Shown here: in pieces, positions 50,545 through 63,859 of the stretch
Layout: each line of letters begins with the position of its first letter
How positions within the stretch are numbered: the stretch's first letter is position 1
Source: Camelus dromedarius
Lineage: Eukaryota
NCBI RefSeq assembly: GCF_036321535.1
Contig: NC_087437.1
Span: 10,170,001-10,234,000, forward strand
Reading direction: 5' to 3'
Length of the DNA: 64,000 nt
Notes under the pieces: generated by a model
Told to the model about the DNA's origin: nothing
The model's input: the letters and a program-made list of their open reading frames with translations, nothing else
Database searches by the model: none
Translations under genes and position numbers: made by a program

Positions 50545-50895
50545 TGGTAAACCAGTTCCCTGACCTTAGAGAATCCAGAATCAAGTGGGGAAAACAGACA
50601 CTGAAGAAGTAACAAACATGATGAACGTCAGAACAAGGGTCATAAGATCTGCTGGGAAAACTTGTAACTTGTAGAAGCATCAGAAGGTCAGCACAGGACT
50701 TGCTGAAGAAATGACCTTTAAAACTAGAACTCAAGAGATGATCAGGAATTACCTGTTGAGGACAGAGGTTGGGAGAGAAGAATGAGGACATTTGAGGCAC
50801 AGGAGATGTACAGAGGCCAGGAAACAATAAGAGTGCGGCTGGAAGCAAACATTAAGAGGAAGATCAGGCTTGAGAAGTATGTTGGAGCCAACATT
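50545..50895 (-). mobile_element. L2 fragment
   Basis: 'tgaccttagagaatccagaatcaagtggggaaaacagaca', 'gaagaaatgacctttaaactag'. Confidence 0.6.
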
Positions 50896-51219
50896 ATACA
50901 AACATGTAACACTTAATCTTTCCAGGATAATGATTGGATTGCCTGCTCACTATAAGGTTTTTAAAGGCAGGAACTCTGTCCCCCATCTCTGTATCACCAG
51001 ACATTTACTGTTAGGATTTATGATATGTGTTTAGAAATTGTTAATGAACAAGTAAATCAATCAATCAGTGGTTCCTGCCATAGGATTTATCATATATGTA
51101 CAGCATGCTCCCAAATAACTTTTACTGGTTGAAATAATATTAAGGTAATCTCTTTTGAAAATAGCTCTGCCCAACAGATTTCTATTTTAGGTCTGTAAAA
51201 ATTTTTGAATCATGAGAGC

Positions 51220-52165
51220 ATATCTGCATGTCATATATCTGATAAGGGATTAATATCCAAAATATATAAAGAACTCCTACAACTTAACAACAAGAAGTTA
51301 AACAATCCAATTTTAAAATGGGCAAATGACTTGAATGCACATTTCTCTAAAGAAGATAACAAATGATCAGTAAGTAAATAAAAAGATGCTCAACCTCACT
51401 AATCATTAGGGAAATGCAAATCAAAGCTACCATGCTAACTGGGATAGCTAAACACATATACACAGAGAGAGACAGAGAGAGAGAGAGAATAACAAGTATT
51501 GGCAAGGATGTGGAGAAATCAAAACTCTCGTACTTTTCTGACAAAGATGTAAAACAGTGCAGCTTCTGTGGAAAACATTATGACAAATCCTCAAAAAATT
51601 AAACACAGAATTAGCACATGATCCAGCAATTACACTTCTAGATGTATATTCCAAAGTAATTGAAAACAGAGTCTCAAAGAGATATTTGTACAGCCATGTT
51701 CCTAGCCGTCTTATTTATGGTGGCCGAAGGGTAGAAGCAATCCAAATGTCCAGTGATGGATAAATGGATTAAAAAATATGGTATATACCTCCAATGGAAT
51801 ATTATTCAGCTTTAAAGAGGAATGAAATTTTGACACATGCCACAACGTGAATGAAAGTTGAATACATTACTGCTAAGAGAAATATGTCAGACATTAAAGG
51901 ACAAATATTGTGTAATTCTGCTTATATAAGGTACTTAGAGTAGTCAAATTCATAGAGACAGAAAGTGGAATGGTAACCACCAGGGGCTGAGAGAAAGGAG
52001 GATGGGAAATTATTATTTTATAGGTACAGAGTTTCAGTTTAGGAAGATGAAGGAGATTATGGTGGTAATGGTTGCACAATATAAATGCACTTATTACCAC
52101 AGAAGTGTACACATAAAAGTGACTAAAACGGTATGTGTATGTTACCACAATTTTACAAATATTTT
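51220..52165 (+). mobile_element. L1MB-type 3' end
   Basis: 'tcatatatctgataagggattaatatccaaaatatataaagaactcc', 3' UTR 'gtagtcaaattcatagagacagaaagtggaatgg'. Confidence 0.9.
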
Positions 52166-52397
52166 AAAGATGTGTGTCCTTGAAGTTATTTGCTTCAAAA
52201 CAATTAAAAATCATTAGAACATATTGTTTTCTACAATGATATCTTTAATGTGCAGAAATTAAAAATAACTAAGTTTTCTTCTAAGTTATACTACCAACCA
52301 GGAGAGAGGAAACAAACACATGGAGAGCTGTCAGTAAAAGATTGCACCAGATAGAGTTAAACAGACAAGGAAAACTTCGTTTGAGACTATTGCATTA

Positions 52398-52520
52398 TGG
52401 AGAACGGTATGGAGGTTCCATTAAAAAACTAAAGCTAGAGTAACCATATGATCCAGCAGTCCCACTCCTGAGCATTTACCCAGAAAATATGAAAAATCTA
52501 ATTGAAAAGACACATGCACA
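52398..52520 (+). mobile_element. L1 ORF2 fragment
   Basis: 'tatggagaacggtatggaggttcc...ccatatgatccagcagtcccactcctgagc'. Confidence 0.8.
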
Positions 52521-54269
52521 CAGAACCAACAGTTATTGTAAAACTCTTCATAACAGAATATAGTATATCACATTCTATTTCCCCAAATTTGAAAAACTCA
52601 AAAAGAAACTTGTTAAAGAGAGTTTAGAATAACTGAAGACTGCTCTTTTAATAAAACAGCATGTGATTATTCTCCCAAATAAGTTACATAGTTTTGAGGA
52701 AAATGTGTTTGTTACACAAAGAGGAAAGACTATTGAGTGGCATTAATCTTTATAATATAAACCAAGCTGGGTGGCAGTATCCATGGATTAGTAACCCAAA
52801 TCAGAGTTGATAAAATGTTTATGCCTAAATTTGATGAGCGCAAGAAAAGCAAGTAAAGGATACAGAATTTAAAGTTCATTATGGAGTGGAAATAGAAAGA
52901 AGGACTTTTTTTTTTCAAGAGTTATTCTCGCCAGTTGGCATGGCTGTTAGAGCAATTTGTTGATGGAATGTAAAGTCAAAATGGTACATAACAGCAGATG
53001 GGACATTTCTATTTATCATGGACAGACTCATCAATTTATTCTGCTGTTTCATAGGAAGAGAAAGTGTCGGTCATAGCAGTCAACTCTGAAGAAAATCCTC
53101 AGGACATAGAATCAAAGGGGCTACTTGGGTAGACCAGGCTCCTGCTTTCAGGCAGGCGTGGTCTTCATGGTTCACTTTTATCAGTGAGATAAAGTCTGTC
53201 CGTGGCTTCACCAAGATGCCGCAGGTGACACGAAACATTGTATCATCAAGAGAAATGGAAGCTTGAGAGTTACCCTGCTACCTGTTGACTTGTTCGGTGT
53301 ATATCATTGAACCCTTATAAAATTTGCTTTATTGAGGACTTTTTGTCTGCAGCAAAAAAAATTTCAAGAATTTATTAAATCAATACTTGCCCTCAGAGCA
53401 TATTTATCCAGCTTGTTACCTAGAAATTTGTTACAGGTAGAAAAATAAAATTGAGTGCCAAGAGGAGATAACTGATATTATGGGCACTCAAGCATCTATC
53501 ATTGTCAGCAGTTCATTTTTGGACAGTATATTAAAAGTGAATCCTTAAAAAGTCAGGATTGCTCCATTTGATGTGTTAAAGAAAAAAAAAAGGAATGCTA
53601 ATAATAAAATACTTAAATAGTCAATTTTTGTTGTTTTTTTCTTTGAGGAAATTCCCAAGATGAATTATCTTAAAATATTTGCAAGTACTAGGATAGTTAA
53701 AAAAAAAAAAAAAAAAAGACTAGTGGCCAAGCTTCATTGCTTTCTGTGAACCCCTAGTAATGAATAAATTTCTTTGAGCAAAACCTGCACACAAAACCCA
53801 AAAGAACTCAATAACTGGGATGTCTCGGTCAGGGAATGTTCTGCTTTATTAAACTTCTTATGGCCTTAGGTTTGACTATAAACCCCTTCCAGGTACGGGC
53901 TCATTATATACAGCCGTTTTCAGTGAACATATATTCGAAGTCATCACTATGAATGTCAATTATCAGTGTGTTATTTCTTGGGCATAAAACAATCCCACCC
54001 CTCTACTGGAGTTGCTAATTTCTGATCTGAGTTTATTTTCCATTTGCCTCTTTCAGTTAAAATCAGAAGTAAAAATGATTACCACTCTGAGGGTTTCAGT
54101 GAGTCAAAATTTTTCTGTACTCTGACCTCTTTAAAATGTTAAAATATGACTTAGAAATCAAAGAACAGTACATCCAACAAAAAAAAATTTTGGAAAGTTG
54201 TTTTTTACCAAGTGTTTATGCATGCATACTTATTTGATTGTCACAATAACATTATGAAATAAATAAGAG

Positions 54270-54870
54270 TGTTCACTCTCTCTCCCCGGATTATTGCATC
54301 AGCCTTTAAAGAGTGTTCCTGTTTCAAGTCACTTCTGGAATCAGCAACCATCTTTTTAAAACATCAGCCAAATCATGCTGCTCTTCTGCCCAGAAACCCT
54401 GCCACAGGACCCCTGCACACCCGTCTCGTGTTATGGCTCCCACCTCACCTCCTACCATTTCCCTTTTGCTCACCTCGCTACAGTCACCCTAGTCTGCACC
54501 ATGTTCTTCAAACACACCAAGCCTACTCCTGCTTTGGACCCTTTGAACTGGCTTTCTCCTCTGCTGGACCTCTCATGCCTCCAATATTCACATGGCTTCC
54601 CCTCTCACCTACTTAAGATTGCTCGGTTCTCACCTTCTGGATGAGCCCCACCCTGACCACCTGTCTAAAATGGTGATTCTCCTCAGGAACTTTGCTTGTT
54701 TTTAACCATACACTTATGACTTCTCTGCTCTCAAGCCCCCCACCCTTGACCCCCTGTTAGGATGAAAACTTTTGAAGGCAAGGATTTTTTATCATCCATA
54801 TATTCCAAGCACCTCAAACAGCTCCTCAAGCACATCAATCTTATGATGAAAATCTGCTAAATAAATCCAC
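54270..54870 (+). mobile_element. L2 3' region
   Basis: 'tgttcttcaaacacaccaagcc...cctttgaactggctttctcctctgctgg...cacatggcttccc'. Confidence 0.75.
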
Positions 54871-56279
54871 TCATAGAAACATACCTGTGAGGTGTTCAAT
54901 TGCATTATTTTTGTTGTTGTTGCTGTTGTTTCTTTGTTTTGTTTTCTTGGCCAATTGTCTTAGAACATCACTCTTAAGACCTGGGGACTCCTTTATCTGG
55001 GACGATTTATAACACCCGATGATTCAAAGAAATGACTGAGAAAAGTGAAAAATAGACAGTTCCCTGAAGTGATCTGTGAAATCTAGACCATTTAGGATTT
55101 TCAATTTGAAGGGGTAGGGCTGAGTTTTCTCGTGGCCCCTGGACAAGATAGTATCAGAAAAAAAATTCCCTCTCTCCCAAACCACCATGTGAGTAGGACT
55201 GAGTGAAATGTAAATTGGGAGGAGATTTGGGGATTTCATTAAATTTAAGAGTCAGGTAGACACAGGAAATTGCCTGATGCCCAAAACACATTGCTCAGCA
55301 CAGGCTAAGAAAATACACAGAGATACTTCTGGTTAAATGATCTTTGTTTTCTCCTGTGTTAATGTGGAATCCCCAGGTCCTATCTGTGGGTGGATGGCCC
55401 CTGGGAGCTAGAATAAAAGCATTAGGGACTGCGGATCAGTGATACCCATTGCCATTCAAAATTGACCATGCCTTCCCCTTACTATAAAGCCCCCAAACAA
55501 AAACAAATCAAACCAGAAGTAAAAGAAAAGAAGGAAATAGAGGATTGGATTCCTATAGAGGACTCAGGGCACCCTGCATTCTGATTAACATGAAGAACCA
55601 CGTTTATAGTCTCTCCAATCCCTGTCTCCTAAAAACATTTAAACAAAATTTTCCAATGGGTGCCCTGTATTAATTTTTTTCTCTTGAAGCTTATAGAGAA
55701 AAATGATCATCTGTCTGATGGAAAGATGTTCAATCAGCTTTCTTACTGAAATAATGCTTATAATCAAAAGGATGCCTTTCAACATCTAGAAAATACTGGA
55801 AAATGGATTTTCATGCTGGTAATGGGTAATCCTTCAAGATACGCTGTCCCCATAAAATTAACTCTATTTGAGTACCAACATCTTGATTTAAGCAGACACA
55901 TCATTTTAGAAACCTGATTTTTAAAGGAATTGGTAGGAATAAAATCATTTAAGCATTCACTTGATTTCAGCCAACTCCATAAGATTCACCCCAGAACTTG
56001 AGCTTGTCAGAAAGAAGGTAGAGCTCTTGAAATTTCATTTGTGAAAAACACTGTCTGGTCTTAAAATCTAGCTAATGCAATCAATAACTAGAAAATGTGC
56101 CTGGCTATTGGAAAAATGTAACTCTTCTGACTGATTCAGTCCATTGTTTTTTACTCCATAGTCTTTATGCAAGGACTATTTTCAAGTTCTTTCATGAAAT
56201 AATACTGTTTAGGAGAAGCTACAGTATATTTTGTTCACAGAAAGTCAACTTTGTGTAATAGAAGCATATGGATTTTTCT

Positions 56280-56325
56280 CTTTTTTTAACATTTTTTATT
56301 GAGTTATAGTCATTTTACAATGTTA
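56280..56325 (-). mobile_element. extremely 5'-truncated L1 (terminal ~45 bp) inserted in a MIR
   Basis: Minus 'aacattgtaaaatgactataactcaataaaaaatgttaaaaaaa', TSD tggatttttct (56269-56279/56330-56340). Confidence 0.75.
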
Positions 56326-56329
56326 AGTG

Positions 56330-56530
56330 TGGATTTTTCTGTTAGGCAGATATGGGTTCAAATCCCCCAGCACTATCATTTACTTGCCATGTAATATTTG
56401 GTATATTATCCACTTAAGTGAGTCTCCGTTTTTTCATCTGTAATATGGGAATAGTTGTGACTTACCTCAATGGGTTGTTTATGGTGATTACAAAATGTAT
56501 GTAAATCATCATACATATAGAACACGTTAA
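56330..56530 (+). mobile_element. MIR SINE
   Basis: 'tgggttcaaatcccc...ttttttcatctgtaatatgggaatag...acctcaatgggttgtt'. Confidence 0.75.
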
Positions 56531-57612
56531 AATAACTGGGAGGTGTTGATATTCTGGAAAGAAATAATTCTGTTACGCTAAAATACACTCGTGACCTAGA
56601 AGAAATGAAGACGATCTATCTGACAAAAGGATTATGGTTTCTTTGAAAGTTATTCTTATTTGATCTTTCTTTCTTCACTGCTATCAGCCCTCTGTAAACG
56701 GCTCTCCCTCTTCTGATCATAAAAATGCCTTCCTAATACTTCTCTTCGTTCTCACCATCCTAGCTCCAACATACCTGGTTAATCAGCCTCCAGACAAATC
56801 TAACCAGTAAAATATCCTTTTAATAATATCCCATCTAACACTCAGTTATCCACTCAAAAAATGCGAGACTTCATCTGATACTAAATTATCAAATTAAATG
56901 TTAAATCTGATATTAAAGGCTCTTAACAACTTTGCACAGATTACTTTTTCTGTCTCATCTACACATGTCTTGTATTCCAGTCGTTCTGACCTACTCACTG
57001 TTCCAACCGTATTGGGGCAGGGCGGGGCGGGGGCGGAGAGGCTCATAAAAGGTAGAATAGAAATGCAATAGGTAGAATAGAAATGCAATAGAGGTGAATT
57101 ATTCTGGCTGTCTGGCTTAAGGAGAAAATGTCTAAATTTGGTAGCTGTTTACCACTAATTCTCTCTCCAGATAGAAACTCCATTTTCTCTACAGTCTTTT
57201 TGTTTTAGAGAACTGTGTCGTGTCCGGAAAGATCGGGGCTCTATGAGGTGGTCTGAGCTGGGATGCTTAGGACTGAAGTGATCTTGGTGTTACAGAAAAC
57301 AGGAAGGAAACACAGGGGTCTAAGTGACAGCCTTTGGCCCAGGGTGAGGAAAGCAGCTAAATCACCTGCTCCCAGAAAGGTTCTGTACAGCAGAAAATGT
57401 CAGATGCCCATCAGGGAATGACAATGTCCCTAATGAGAGCAAAAAGCAAATATTTCCAAACTGTGGCCAAGGTGACAACAGTACACTTTCACTTCCTAGC
57501 TTTCATAATACCACTTTCGATTACCCTTATTATGAAATATGAGTTTTATTGTGCAATTTTATGCTAAAGTCTAATGCAAAAAACATGAGTTGCTCCTGCA
57601 TCAAAACCTTAG

Positions 57613-58374
57613 CCCTACACTGCTGGTGGGAATGTAGTTTGGTGCAGCCATTACGGAAAACAGTATAGACAGCCCTCAAAAAACTAAAAATAGACTTACC
57701 ATATGATCCAGCAATCCCACTTCTGGGTAAATATCCAGAGGGAACTCTAATTTGAAAAGACACTTGCACCCCAATGTTCATAACAGCACAGTATACAATA
57801 GCCAAGACATGGAAACAGCCTAAATGTCCATCAACAGATGACTGGATAAAAAAGTTGTGGTATATTTATACAATGGAATACTACTTAGCCATATAAAAGA
57901 ATAAAATAATGCTATTTGCAGCAACATGAATGGACCTGGAGATCATCATTCTAAGTGAAGTGGGCCACAATGAGAAAGAAAAATACCATATGAGATCAGT
58001 CATATGTAGAATCTAAAAAAAAAAAAAAGAAAGAAAGAAAGAAAAGGACACTATGAACTCATCTACAAAACAGAAACAGGCTCATAGACATAGTTAACAA
58101 TATCTTACAGTTACTGGGAAAAGGAGGTGGAAAGGGATACATTTGGGGGCTTGAGATTTACAAATGTTAGTCACTATTATAAAAACAGATTTTAAAAAAA
58201 GTTTCTTCTGTATATAGCACAGAGAACTATATTCAATATCTTGTAATAGCCTTTAATGAAAAAGAATATGAAAATGAATATACATATATGTATATGCATG
58301 ACTGGGACACTGTGCTGTACACCAGAAATTGACACATTGTAACTGACTGTACTTCAATCAAAAAACAAACAAAA
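57613..58374 (+). mobile_element. 5'-truncated lineage-specific L1
   Basis: Same subfamily as 36210-36950; TSD aaaaccttag (57603-57612/58375-58384). Confidence 0.93.
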
Positions 58375-58814
58375 AAAACCTTAGTATGATCTCTAAGCAT
58401 CATGACTTGCTGCCATGGCGACGGCAGCTCCCATAAGGTCTCAAAACTCTGACAGCAGGTCAGGGCAGCCTCTTGATTCTGTGTGTTCCCTGGGGAATCA
58501 GGGAACGTTCCAGCTGCTGAGGGGCTTAGTACTGTACTAAAAAGACACCGTCTGAGCGTTCTGGCCTCTGCAGGCCTGTCTGGTCATGACTTCTGCCTGT
58601 GACTTGCCCTGCTGAAACCCTTCCCCGATGTCTGGATCCAGCTCAGGGGCACATCCACCAAGAAGCACCTCTCCTTCCCGACTCCTTTTCCCTGTGGAAA
58701 GTTTCTCCTTCTTCAATTCTTCCTCGACGTGATAGCACAATGTCATAGTTATTTGTTCTTGTGTGGCAGTCCATTTTACACTTGACACAAACACCTCAAG
58801 GTGGTCCTGTTGTT

Positions 58815-59136
58815 GGGTTTTTGAGAAATCTCCATATTGTTTTCCATGATGGCTGCACTGATTTACGTTCCCACCAACGGTGCACGATGGTTCCCTTTTC
58901 TTCACATCCCTGACGTTTGTTATTTGTGTTCTTTTTGATGATGGCCATTCTGACAGGTGTGAGATGGTGTCTCATTATGATTTTGATTTGCATTTCCCTG
59001 ATATTTGGTGATGTTGAGCAGCTTTTCATGTTCCTGTTGGCCATCTGCATTTCCTCTTTTGGAAAAATGTCTGTTCAGCTCTTCTGCCCATGGGCTGTTC
59101 GTTTGTTTGTTTTTTAATTGAAGTACAGTTGACTTA
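58815..59136 (-). mobile_element. L1 ORF2 fragment joined to an L1 3'-terminal piece
   Basis: ORF2 peptide MQMANRNMKSCSTSPNIREMQIKIIMRHHLTPVRMAIIKK; 'ttttaattgaagtacagttgac' 3' end at ~59110-59133. Confidence 0.8.
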
Positions 59137-60374
59137 AAAATAAATAAATAATCTGGGGAAAAAAGGCGAGGTTGTTGATGTGGGTTTGGGTTTGTCATTT
59201 TATTATTCCTCTAGAGTTCCTGGTATAGGGTCGTCCATAGCAGAGGCAGTCAGTAAACACCAGCTACAAAAATGATTCAAAACCACGTACACGTCAGCTC
59301 CCTCGGGCACTTCTTGGAACTCAGGGAGCTGATGTGAAGTGAGGAAAGGACAATGGACAAAGGGAAGGAACAGACATAGTAGGAAGGTGTTGTCTAGACA
59401 GAAAGAGTTCCGTGTGCTACGGCCGGGAGGTCAGAAACGGTGCACCATGGATGGGAAACTGCAATTCATTCGGCAGGACTGGAGGGCAGCAAATTTTTCT
59501 CCTATTTCAGAAGACACCAAAAGGTAAGTCTGAAGTGCTAACAGGAATTGTGGAGAACATTCCTCATGTGGGGAGATGTCAGGGCTACAATTCATCTCAT
59601 ACCCTTTTCTGGGGCTAAAATTATTTCAATAAGGCCGTTTACTGAAAATAACTCCCACGGTGGCTGTGGACACTGTTTCTCTTGCTTCTTTTTATTCTCT
59701 TCCAAACAGAAGAGAACTGATAACACTTCCAAACCACTAGTCAGAGACCTGAGAGTCTTCCTGAATAGTGGTACCACTCCTAAATTCTATCATAATTCTA
59801 ATACCAGCCTTCTCCAATAAGCAAGTAGGTTCAAACTTCCAAATGTGTTTATAAGTCAATTGTCTGGAACTCAGAACACAGACACCATGAGAAGGTGGCG
59901 GTTAATCTCCAAGGCTCATTCATGGTCTTTGGGGTTTGGGTTCAGTGATTTTTTTCCCCACTGTTCTATCCTATCTCCCATTTTTCTTTCCTTTTCTACT
60001 TTAGCTTTCACTAAAGTCCTGTACTCTTCACTGAAAATTGCATCATTTTACACAAGCAATGTTTGGAAGCACTCACTTTAAGAACACAGTATTTTCAATA
60101 TATCCATCAAAAGTCTTGCCACAGAGACTGTCACAAGTATGTAACAACATAAAAGGACATCTAATGATTTCCACATTCATAAATTATTGGCACAACACTA
60201 TCAAAGTCCCTGAAGGGTGTCACCCGTGGATGTCAGTGAAATATACCCAGTATTGGCAGGAAGATTATGGTTGTGTTTAGATTGGTCTCTGTTCCCTCAC
60301 AAAACTATCAAAGCTCTTGAAGCTCCTTACTTCAAGTAGGGGCTGGTTATCATTTAGTGCTCTATGCCTCGTTG

Positions 60375-60595
60375 TTTAAAAACAGCTAACATGTACTGAG
60401 TCCCTACTATGCGCCACGCACTCTGCTGATCATTGTCCATGTATTTTTCCAACCCCGATAAGTTAAATGGTACCAACACCATCTTCATGCTACATTTAAG
60501 CAGGTGAACTAAACTCCCCGCAGCCATCTAGTTCATTAGCCAAAGGTCCACCACTCAAATCCTAGCCCACAGATTCCAAACACCATGCTTCTTCA
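60375..60595 (-). mobile_element. MIR SINE
   Basis: 'agctaacatgtactgagtccctactatgcgccacgcactctgct...gattccaaacaccatgct'. Confidence 0.6.
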
Positions 60596-60894
60596 TTCTA
60601 TGTTATGTTTGACCCTTCTCACCTGCTGCGAGAATTTGCATGTTCAATGATTTATGGAATAAAGGAAAACAGTGGATTCATATCAGATAAAATTCTTTAT
60701 TTCATATGTCAGCAGAGGGATCAGAGAATCCTAAAACTGTCACCCTAAGCCACGTGACAGCTAGATTTCATCCTTCACCCTAGGTGTTTAAAGGAAATTG
60801 ACTTTTGCATCATGTTGTTAAATTACCTCACTCTCAGTAATTTGCAATATTTTTTGAAAAAAAAAAAAAAAACCTATGGAAGGAATCAGTTCTT

Positions 60895-62630
60895 GCCAAA
60901 TTGATCTATAAATTCAATGCAATCCCAATGAGAATCCTAGCAAGCTATTTTGTGGCCACTGACACACTGATTCTAAAGTTTCTATGGCCAGGCAAAAGAC
61001 CAGAATAGCCAACACAATACTGAAGGAAGAACGAAGTTGAAGGACTAACACTACCTGACTTTAAGACTTAGTATAAAGCTTTCTTTCCTTCACCAATTTC
61101 CACAAGACAGTGTGAAAAAATACACAAATATTAATGAACCAGAATGGAGAGCCCAGAAACGGACCCACATAAATATAGTCAACTGATGATTGACAAAGAA
61201 ACAAAGGCAATACAATGGAGCAAAGCTAGTCTTTTCAACAAATGGTGCTACAGCAACTGGATGTCCACATGCAAAAAAAAAAAAAAAAAGATAAATCTAG
61301 ACACAGAACTTACTTTCTTCATAAAATTTAGCTCATAATCAATCATAATCTAAATGTAAAATGTGAAACTATTGAATTTCTAGAAGATAAGATGGGAGAA
61401 AAGTCTAGATGAACTTGGACATGGTGATGACTCTTTCGATACAACACCAAAGGCACAATCTATGAAAGAAATAGTTGGTAAGCTGGACTTCATTAAAAGT
61501 AAAAACTTCTGTTCTGCAAAAGGCAATGTCAAAAGAATGAGAAGACAAGTCACAGATTGGGAGAAAATATTAACAAAAGATGTGTGATAAAGGACTGTTA
61601 TCCAAAATAACATAGAACTCATAAGACTTAACAATTAGAAAAAAAGCATTCAAAAATGAGTCAAAGACATTAATGGACAACAAACCAAAGAAGATATATA
61701 GATGAAAAAATAAGCATATGAAAAGATTTTTCATGTCATAAGTCATCAAGAAAATGTAAATTAAAACTAAAGTGCAATACCACTTCACATCTTTTAGAAA
61801 AACTAAAATCCACAACACTGGTAACACCAAGTTCTGGTGAAGATGTGGAGCAGCAGGAACTCTGATTCATTGCTGGTGGGAATGCAAAATGGTATGGGCA
61901 CTTTGGGAGACAGCCTGAAAGTTTCTTACAAAAATAAACATACAGTCATAATCCTTGGCATTTACTCAAATGAGCTGAATATTGTGTCCACACAAAAACC
62001 CATACATGGATGTTTACAGCAGCTCTATTTATTCATAAGTGCCAAAACGTGGAAACAACCGAGACTTCTTTCAGTAGGAGGATGGATAAGTAAACTGTGG
62101 AACATGAACACAATGGAATATTACTCAGTGCTGGAAAGAAATGAGCTATCCATCCATGAAAAGTCATGGAAGAAACTTACATGCACATTACTAAGTGAAT
62201 GAAGCCAATCTGAAAAGGCTGCATACTGCATGATTCCAGCTATATGACATTCTGGAAAAGGCCAAACTATTGAGACAGTGAAGTATCAGTGGCTGCCAGG
62301 GGTTTGGTGAGGGGAAGGTTGAAAAGGCAGAGCACAGAGGATGTGTAGGGCAGTGAAACTATCCTGTGTGCTCCTACAATGGTGGATATATGCCATTAGA
62401 CATTTGTCCAAACACCTAGAACAAAAACACTAAGAAAGAACCCTCATGTAAACTATGGACGTTGGGTGCTGAGATGTGTCAGTGGAGCGTCATCATTTGT
62501 AACAAATGCACCCTCTGGTGTTGGTGGTGGAGGAGGCTGTGCACATGTAGGAGACAGGGGCATAGGGGAACTCTCTGTCCTTTCTGCTCCGTTTTGCTGT
62601 GAACCTAAAACTGCTCTAAAAACTAAAGTT
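60895..62630 (+). mobile_element. L1MC1/2-type L1 (ORF2 3' half plus 3' UTR)
   Basis: ORF2 peptide MESPETDPHKYSQLMIDKETKAIQWSKASLFNKWC; terminal 'ttttgctgtgaacctaaaactgctctaaaaa'. Confidence 0.9.
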
Positions 62631-63349
62631 TGTTGTTGTTGTTGTTTTTTAACAAAAGAGAAGATTCAGGTTAATAGGTATTCTTGGGTGGTAAGACATG
62701 ATATCATAAAGAGGTCATTGCCCCCAGCGTGAATTTATGAGTTTCGCACAATCTCAGTCTAAACTCCCATGAAATGTTATTTTGAACTTTGACAAAATGA
62801 CTTTAAGTTGATCTTAAAGAGGAAGCAATTAACCTGAGGTCTTAATCAAAGAGTCAGAGGCCAAAGGAAATGATCAATACTGTAGGAGTAACGTGAGGAC
62901 TGAAGGAATGCCAAGGGAGGAGACTCAAAATGTCTGGATTGGAGGAAGGTCACATATTTAATGTGAGCTATTCTAACCATCATTCGGCTCAGAATATTAC
63001 TGCTCTTGATGCTATTCTCCTCAAGGCAGAAAAAGAGAATTAGCCTGATCTGACGTGAAATATCTGGGACTAACATATTCCGGTAGGAAACGAAAGGAAG
63101 GAAAGGGTTTGGGAACCAGAGGGATTGTTTTAGGACAAAAGAGATTTAAAAAAAATATATATTTGTGAGCTTTGTGAATGAGTCTGTGGAGAGAGGGAGA
63201 AATGATGGTAGGAGAGAGGAAGAAGGCACTTTCTGGAGCCTTTTCCTTGAGTAGATTATAGGACTGGAGCATAAAGAGCGTGCATACAGGGCGGAGGACT
63301 GGTCCTGCTCTGAACAAGGGGGTGGCCTATCGGGGCACAGACACCAGTC

Positions 63350-63465
63350 GGGAGGCCAACAGTCACATCTGGTGGATCAGCGTCTGTGGGACTGAGGCCC
63401 AGCAACTGCATTCTAACAAGCTCTCTAGATGATCCTTCTTCTGGAGAAGAGTTTAAAACCACCGA
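63350..63465. mobile_element. MER5A-like hAT-Charlie fragment
   Basis: 'gaggcccagcaactgcattctaacaagctctctagatgat...gtttaaaaccaccg'. Confidence 0.7.
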
Positions 63466-63859
63466 TCTGGACAGCACAGCCATGTGATACATGGAGAAGC
63501 TGAGGCTCAAAGGAACAGAAATCATGGCCCGTGGTCAAACAGCCCTACTGCAGCATCACCAGAACCAGCTTGTAGCCTTCTCCGTTTTCACTATACTAAA
63601 TGAATCAGTAAAGTAAAAGCAAGCTTCATACAGAGTTATTAAAGGTTATTCCATAACCACTCAGCCACTTAGATGTAATAAGGACAATCTAAATTAAATT
63701 TTACAGCTTTTACAGTTCACCGTAAAATATGACACTAAGTTAATGACATTAAAACCTAAACTGATGAAGAGTTACTTGGCTTGGAAACTCTCAAACCCCA
63801 AAAACATGAATGTGAAGAGTCCCCTATTATAGACAAATAATTCCATTTAAGATTTCCAT

